In this document: positions 58,457 through 64,000 of the stretch, one piece after another | Layout: each line of letters begins with the position of its first letter | How positions within the stretch are numbered: the first letter of the stretch is position 1 | Source of the DNA: Obrimoposthia wandeli | Taxonomy: Eukaryota | NCBI GenBank assembly: GCA_977020255.1 | Contig: CDROCS010002469.1 | Location: forward strand, 62,001-126,000 | Reading direction: 5' to 3' | DNA length: 64,000 bases | The notes under the pieces: model-generated | Told to the model about the DNA's origin: nothing | Database searches by the model: none | What the model saw: the letters and a program-made list of their open reading frames with translations, nothing else | Translations under genes and position numbers: made by a program

Positions 58457-58900
58457 TTATAAACGCTGCCACCAAGGAATTTTTTTACACATTGGAACTT
58501 TTTGACTAAATATTTCAAATAAGCGCTCCATATCTTTATAGTGCTCAATTTTAAAGCCTTTATCTTCACTCATGATAACAAACACTGCTACTTTTTTAGC
58601 GCGACGCTTGAACAGCAATATTTTAAAATCATGCATTGCATATACCTGCTCCGATGTGGCTGAACTGAGCGTAACCTTTTCTCCATCGATCGTCAGTTTT
58701 CGGCTACAAATTTCAGCGGCATCTTTAAAAACACTTCTACCACGGTAAATTAATACGATAGCAAACACAGCTACCGCCCACGGCCATTCTAGCCATTGTT
58801 CTGCCACTGCCACCCATAATATAATGGCAAAGCTAAAGGCCATTTCAAAATGTTTAAAAAGATAACTTCTTAAAGTATTACCTGTTGATTGATACTGCAT
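58457..58900 (-). CDS. Hypothetical 2-TM membrane protein with a C-terminal soluble domain
   Basis: GAGG RBS; two TM helices at about residues 18-53. Confidence 0.7.
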   Translation of the reverse strand: MQYQSTGNTLRSYLFKHFEMAFSFAIILWVAVAEQWLEWPWAVAVFAIVLIYRGRSVFKDAAEICSRKLTIDGEKVTLSSATSEQVYAMHDFKILLFKRRAKKVAVFVIMSEDKGFKIEHYKDMERLFEIFSQKVPMCKKIPWWQRL

Positions 58901-59090
58901 TCAAACCTCTCTGTTGGCCTATTAAAACCGATTCTTATTATGATAGCTACGTTAAAAAGGCACTGCTAAAAGCCTAATATTATAAATGATAAAGTGACTT
59001 GACTTATGATCCAGTTCGCAATTATTTACAGGCCAAAAATAAATCGACCCCACTATCCCATTAACTTCTAGCCTCCCCTCGTTAACACGT

Positions 59091-60038
59091 TCAGAGTAAA
59101 TGGTCACAATGTGGGCAACGCTTATAGTGTTTCATCAACTTACTATGATAGTTTTTAATCAGCATTTCTGCTTCCTGATCGCTAATCCCTAACTCTAATT
59201 GCAGCACTTTAAGCTCCATTTTTTCTGCATTTGTAAAGGCTCCATCATCATAAGCATTGGCAACTTTTGATGCATATAAAGATCTATTACGTTTTAGTTG
59301 CGCCGAAAAGCCGGAGGCTAAAATACCCGCGGGCAGTGCAACCATCCCCATGCCAATAATGGTAATTAACCCACCGAAGATTTTTCCTATCGGTGTGATG
59401 GGTGTTACATCACCATAGCCTACTGTTGTTAATGTTGCTGTTGCCCACCACATGGCAGCGGGAATACTACCAAAAGCATCCGGCTGAACCTCATGTTCTA
59501 ACAAGTAAATACCGCTAGAAGCAAGTACTAACACAATGGTTAGAATAAAGAATGCAGCAAAAAACGAGCTAGACTCATCTTTCAATACTTTAAGCAAAGT
59601 ATTCATTGCATTGGAATAACGGGTTAATTTGAAAATACGCAAAATGCGGAACACACGTAAAAAACGCAGATCTATCACTATAAAGAATGTTAAATAGAAA
59701 GGTAAAATAGCGATTAGATCAATCATCGCGGGGATAGATACCATATAGCGCAAACGCCCTTTAAAATCATCACTATAAAGCTGCTCTTTTAATTCTGGGC
59801 AAGACCACACACGAGCAATATACTCAAGGCTAAATATACTGATAGAGAAAATTTCAAAATAGTAAAATTCTGTTTTATAAGCGGCTGATAATGCATTCAC
59901 TGATTCTAAAATAATAGCTAGGACATTGGCCATTATTAACAATATTAATGAAATATCCACCCAACGTGCAAATGATCCTGCATTGGAGTTAAACTCGATG
60001 ACTTTGGATATTGTTGTTCTAATTTGTTGACTGTTCAT
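59091..60038 (-). CDS. Voltage-gated-type K+ channel / ion transporter
   Basis: S4-like LRFLRVFRILRIFKLTRY, pore filter TLTTVGYGD and C-terminal CPHC. Confidence 0.9.
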   Translation of the reverse strand: MNSQQIRTTISKVIEFNSNAGSFARWVDISLILLIMANVLAIILESVNALSAAYKTEFYYFEIFSISIFSLEYIARVWSCPELKEQLYSDDFKGRLRYMVSIPAMIDLIAILPFYLTFFIVIDLRFLRVFRILRIFKLTRYSNAMNTLLKVLKDESSSFFAAFFILTIVLVLASSGIYLLEHEVQPDAFGSIPAAMWWATATLTTVGYGDVTPITPIGKIFGGLITIIGMGMVALPAGILASGFSAQLKRNRSLYASKVANAYDDGAFTNAEKMELKVLQLELGISDQEAEMLIKNYHSKLMKHYKRCPHCDHLL

Positions 60039-60361
60039 CTTTTCCCTCCTGCTATGAGCCTCAATTATAAGCCAATTTATTTAGATACTGTTAGTTTTCA
60101 AAGAGAAACGGATTAACTACCCCTTATTTTAGCGATAACAAATACTCTATAAATGGCGCTTTGGGATACTAGAAAATGGCTTACAAAAGAATATTTTTAT
60201 AGGTAAAGCAAGCAATGAGTAAGATACAAATTCTACACACAACAGAGCTTAGGGAAGAGGTATTCTTTTAGACTATTAGATTATCGTTAAAGGCGAAATT
60301 AGGTAGCAGCTAGTTTTTATTCTCACTGCTACATAATCGTTATTGCGATACACTTTTGTGG

Positions 60362-61855
60362 TTATCTGATCACAAAAGGGTTACTCATTGGTTCTGAAGA
60401 AGTATTAATCCAAGTGGTTTTAGTACGAATATAATCTTGAATTCCCTGTAAACCTGCCTCACGACCGTAACCGGATTGGTTTATACCGCCAAAAGGAGCG
60501 ATAGGTGAAGTAACACGATAAGTATTTACCCAGCATATCCCCGCTTTAATCTTACTAGAAACACGATGTGCGCGTGCAATGTTCTGTGTAAACACACCTG
60601 AACCCAACCCGTAAATACTATCATTAGCCATAGCGAGTGCCTCTTCTTCAGTATCAAAGGCAACAATAGACATGATAGGACCAAACATTTCTTGCTTAAG
60701 TGTTGCTATATCGTGGTTAGGGCATTCAACCATAGTCGGCTCAAAATAGTTTTGTGAGCCACACTGTGGTGCTCGCTTGCCACCAAAACGAATAGTAGCA
60801 CCTTGCTCAATCGCTGTAGCTAAAGTGCGCTCAATGCATTCTACTTGAGCAAGTGTACACAACGGGCCTATATGCGTGGCACTATCTTGGGGATCACCCA
60901 TCACAATGTTTTTTGCTTTCTCGGCAATCATTGCCGTGAGCTTCTCCAGTATCGGGCGCTGAATAAACGCACGCGAGCCCGCTACACAAGATTGGCCAGA
61001 GGCGCCAAAATTACCCGCAATCAAACCATTCGCCGCACTTTCTAGATCGGCATCTTCAAACACGATAATAGGCGATTTTCCGCCTAATTCAAGTGAGGTG
61101 ACTGCAAAATTTTCTGCCGTGTTACGTACTACATGTTTAGCTGTTTCTGGACCACCGGTAAAAGCTAAGCGATCAATATCGGGGTGAGAGGTTAGCGGTA
61201 TAGCACAGTTTTGTGCATCGCCAGTAATAATAGAGACGACACCATCCGGGATACCCGCTTGCTGAATAAGCTTACCTAATTCAAACATTGGTGTGGGTGC
61301 TAATTCAGATGCTTTTAATACCACTGTGCAACCTGCAGCTAAGGCAGGCCCAAGCTTTGATGCCGTCAAAAACATCTGCGCATTCCAAGGTACAACCGCT
61401 GCAACAACACCGATAGGCACTGGTGTGGTAAATACATGCATATCAGGCTTATCAATCGGTAACGTTGCTCCTTCCACTTTATCTGCAAGCCCTGCATAGT
61501 AGCGATAGTAACTCGCAACATAGCGCGATTGACTCACGGTTTCAGCCGCTAGCTTACCACTATCAGTGGTCTCAATTGTGCCTAATGTTAATGCATTTTC
61601 TTCGATCAAATCAGCCAATTTATAAAGTAAAGCACCTCGCTCTGTCGCATTCATCTGCGCCCATGGCCCTTGATTTAAGTTACGTCTTGCCGCTTCAACG
61701 GCGCGATTGACATCTGATTTACTGGCACATGCAAAAGTGGCCCACTGCTCGCCATTAGCTGGGCTTTCACTGCCCATCACTTGATTTTCGCTACCTTCAA
61801 CCCATTGCCCATCAATCAATAATTGAAAGTGCGGTAATTTTTTATTGGTCATCAT
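60362..61855 (-). CDS. tgnC: Aldehyde dehydrogenase, TgnC-like
   Basis: PWN, FTGGPET, LELGGKSP, GQSCVAG and EMFGP motifs; operonic with tgnB/tgnA-like genes. Confidence 0.75.
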   Translation of the reverse strand: MMTNKKLPHFQLLIDGQWVEGSENQVMGSESPANGEQWATFACASKSDVNRAVEAARRNLNQGPWAQMNATERGALLYKLADLIEENALTLGTIETTDSGKLAAETVSQSRYVASYYRYYAGLADKVEGATLPIDKPDMHVFTTPVPIGVVAAVVPWNAQMFLTASKLGPALAAGCTVVLKASELAPTPMFELGKLIQQAGIPDGVVSIITGDAQNCAIPLTSHPDIDRLAFTGGPETAKHVVRNTAENFAVTSLELGGKSPIIVFEDADLESAANGLIAGNFGASGQSCVAGSRAFIQRPILEKLTAMIAEKAKNIVMGDPQDSATHIGPLCTLAQVECIERTLATAIEQGATIRFGGKRAPQCGSQNYFEPTMVECPNHDIATLKQEMFGPIMSIVAFDTEEEALAMANDSIYGLGSGVFTQNIARAHRVSSKIKAGICWVNTYRVTSPIAPFGGINQSGYGREAGLQGIQDYIRTKTTWINTSSEPMSNPFVIR

Positions 61856-61925
61856 TGGACTCTCTTGAGTGTTACTTCTAAATAAGTATTTTCTAGATAA
61901 ATACTTATTTTATTTAATTTACACG

Positions 61926-62960
61926 CTAGTTAAAAGCAGGCATCACTTCATCTATAAAACGTTTCAATGAGGTTTCTTTTTGCTCACGGCTCATACCTGA
62001 GTCACTCCAATAGGAAAATTCGTCATAGCCTAAATCCTGATAGTGTTTCAAGCGATCAATAATCTGCTTTGATGTTCCTATCATCAGATCTTTGCGGATT
62101 TTATCTGCACTATAAAATGGATGTGCGCTTATTTCTTCTGCACTCAATTGTTTGATTAAACCTTGATCTACCTCGCGCTCATTTTTAAACCAAGCGCCAA
62201 AGTAGCAGTAAAATGTATTTAACTGTTGAGCGGCTAAATCCAATTCCGCTTCATCTTTACCTATATAAGTATGTTGCAGAATCATAATTTTTGGTCGTTT
62301 TTTATGCGTATCGCAAGCTTGATTAAACTTATCAATCAAACTTTCTACTTCTTCTAACCCCTGCCAAAGGGGTGTTACTTGCACGTTACAATCGTTTTCA
62401 ACCGCAAATTCGTGACTATTGATATCCCGTGCAGCCACCCAAATTGGCGGTCCTTTCACAGTAGTCGGTTTAGGTGAGGAGCTTGTTTTAGGAAACTGAT
62501 AATACTTACTATCTTGCGCGTAATTACCCGCCCATAAGCCTTTAATGGCAGGGATCACTTCACGCAAACGCTCTCCCGCTTCCCATGCATCCATGCCACC
62601 TTGCATCATGCGTTCATATTCAAATGAATAAGCACCGCGTGCCACACCAAGCTCTAACCTGCCCTGTGTAAGTATATCGGTCATTGCCGCTTCACCGGCT
62701 AATTTGATAGGATTCCAAAAAGGCGCGACTATGGTGCCTGTTCCCAATCGCACATTTTTAGTACGATGCGCTAAATCTATCAAATTTAAAAAAGGATTAG
62801 GAGCAATAGTAAAATTCATACCGTGATGCTCGCCAGTCCAAATAGTGCACATCCCACCCTTATCGGCCATATCACATAGTGATAAAAACTCTTGATAAAG
62901 GTCGTTCTGAGTGTGTTCGTTGTCTACCCGCTCCATATGAGCAAAAAGAGAAAATTTCAT
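61926..62960 (-). CDS. tgnB: Luciferase-like flavin-dependent monooxygenase, TgnB-like (trigonelline/homarine oxygenase)
   Basis: MKFSLF.HMER, WTGEHHGMNFTIAPNPF, GAYSFEYERM and YFGAWFKNERE closely resemble Acinetobacter TgnB as recalled. Confidence 0.8.
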   Translation of the reverse strand: MKFSLFAHMERVDNEHTQNDLYQEFLSLCDMADKGGMCTIWTGEHHGMNFTIAPNPFLNLIDLAHRTKNVRLGTGTIVAPFWNPIKLAGEAAMTDILTQGRLELGVARGAYSFEYERMMQGGMDAWEAGERLREVIPAIKGLWAGNYAQDSKYYQFPKTSSSPKPTTVKGPPIWVAARDINSHEFAVENDCNVQVTPLWQGLEEVESLIDKFNQACDTHKKRPKIMILQHTYIGKDEAELDLAAQQLNTFYCYFGAWFKNEREVDQGLIKQLSAEEISAHPFYSADKIRKDLMIGTSKQIIDRLKHYQDLGYDEFSYWSDSGMSREQKETSLKRFIDEVMPAFN

Positions 62961-62971
62961 ACGTTTATGCC

Positions 62972-63877
62972 TCAGTGAATATCACCCGATTGGTTGTCAC
63001 CGACATATACGCGGAACACCCCATTATTTTTTTCCGTCACGTAGCGCTTCATCATGCTTTTAATATCACTTGTCGCATAATCCAAACCGGATAGTGCTTC
63101 AATGCTGACAAACTCACCTAATTGCGCTGTGTCTTCAGTACTTGCAAGCGCGTGGTAAAAAGTACTGAAACGTTTGTCTTGTAAGTTCTCATAGATAGAA
63201 AAAACTGAACCTAACTCCACTTCTAAACCTTTACCGCTTAAGTATTGGCGCACTGCCTCTAAAGAACCCTGACCTACTTTGCTTTGCACTTGCGGTAAGC
63301 TAAAACCTGCATCAGTTTGAGTGAGTAGCACTTTATCTTGATATTCGATAACAGCACCCACTATCCCCGCTTGCTTTTGGCTCAATTCCTCAGCGCGATG
63401 TTCCATGCCCAAACTAAAATAGCCACCTTTAGCGTAACCCAAGCCTAGTTGATCGCTAGTGCTAAAGACTCTCACTTCGCCGATCAAAACAATATGATCA
63501 CCCGCATCTACATTGTTATAAGTTGAGCAAGAAAAATGCGCCACCGCACCTTCAATCAGCGGAATACCATGCTCATCACTATGCCAAGGCACATTCGCAA
63601 AGCGATCGCCTTTACCACCGGCAAAAGTGTTTGATATCTGTTGTTGATCTTCAGCGAGAATATTGACTGCAAAGTATTTGCAGTTATTAAAAATATCAAA
63701 GCTAGATAAATTTTTAGCCGGGCAGATTAACAGTAGCGGCGGATCAACCGAAACCGAAGTAAATGAGTTTGCAGTAAAACCAACCTTCTCACCCGTCTCA
63801 CTTACTGCTGTCACTACTGTGACGCCCGTCATGAACGATCCGAAAGCATTACGTAGTTCTCTAATATCAATAGCCAT
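62972..63877 (-). CDS. tgnA: Flavin reductase, TgnA-like, with a C-terminal extension
   Basis: LRNAFGSFMTGVTVVT, GFTANSFTSVS.DPPL and AGDHIVLIGEV motifs. AGGAG RBS; the ATG overlaps the upstream TGA (TGATG). Confidence 0.8.
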   Translation of the reverse strand: MAIDIRELRNAFGSFMTGVTVVTAVSETGEKVGFTANSFTSVSVDPPLLLICPAKNLSSFDIFNNCKYFAVNILAEDQQQISNTFAGGKGDRFANVPWHSDEHGIPLIEGAVAHFSCSTYNNVDAGDHIVLIGEVRVFSTSDQLGLGYAKGGYFSLGMEHRAEELSQKQAGIVGAVIEYQDKVLLTQTDAGFSLPQVQSKVGQGSLEAVRQYLSGKGLEVELGSVFSIYENLQDKRFSTFYHALASTEDTAQLGEFVSIEALSGLDYATSDIKSMMKRYVTEKNNGVFRVYVGDNQSGDIH

Positions 63878-63999
63878 CACAAAACTCCTATCTGTTCTTG
63901 TTGGCATTGGCTAACGAAGTTCAATAATAACTGATTGATTTCCCTAGCATGCGTGAGCGGTACCATATGGCGCGCACCTTTTATCACATGTACACTACC
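63877..63999 (-). CDS. tgnD: Alpha/beta hydrolase C-terminus, TgnD-like (5' part outside window)
   Basis: GSVHVIKGARHMVPLTHAREINQLLLNFV...VL*, with a catalytic-His motif; translationally coupled to the flavin reductase. Confidence 0.65.
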   Translation of the reverse strand, partial: GSVHVIKGARHMVPLTHAREINQLLLNFVSQCQQEQIGVL

Positions 64000-64000
64000 C

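Noticed and set aside
1227-63914. Numerous antisense/overlapping ORFs in the track (e.g. 1227-1514, 9979-10251, 19703-20125, 29497-29931, 38501-38800, 38987-41341 set, 60845-61710 set)
   Set aside because: They are shadows of well-supported genes on the opposite strand, with no RBS or family motifs.

Overview
This is an AT-rich chromosomal segment of a Gammaproteobacterium, probably marine and Oceanospirillales-like. That assignment is an inference from gene content (yccA-tusDCBE, lon-hupB-tRNA-Asp-ppiD, a PrrF-like sRNA and an N-methylpyridinium catabolic cluster). About 48 kb is housekeeping or metabolic: TRAP transporter, CinA, an RND efflux triad, pabB, udk, iadA, ydiJ, aroA, ppiD, lon, nfuA, mtnN, truC and tusDCBE. 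Features the ORF track misses: (1) a Fur-boxed, sigma70-promoted, terminated ~127-nt PrrF/RyhB-like sRNA downstream of aroA; (2) two ~89% identical copies of a 152-bp MITE; (3) IscR, sigma32, FNR and TetR operator sites; (4) a 47-aa membrane microprotein; (5) tRNA-Asp. The accessory region at 48.6-59 kb is the most unusual. It holds a lone 1052-aa fusion of an acetoacetate-decarboxylase-fold domain and a phytoene-desaturase-like flavoprotein, bracketed by inverted FNR-boxed uspA duplicates. After that comes a duplicated promoter split by the MITE, then a decayed integrase-less integron cassette cluster (HAD, GNAT, GNAT, GFA with eroded attC sites), with RAYT-like HUH transposase relics abutting two attC positions. 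The window ends in a tgnDABC-like (trigonelline/homarine) catabolic operon. No CRISPR array, rRNA or intact transposase/integrase was seen. All family assignments come from motif recognition by eye, not database searches.
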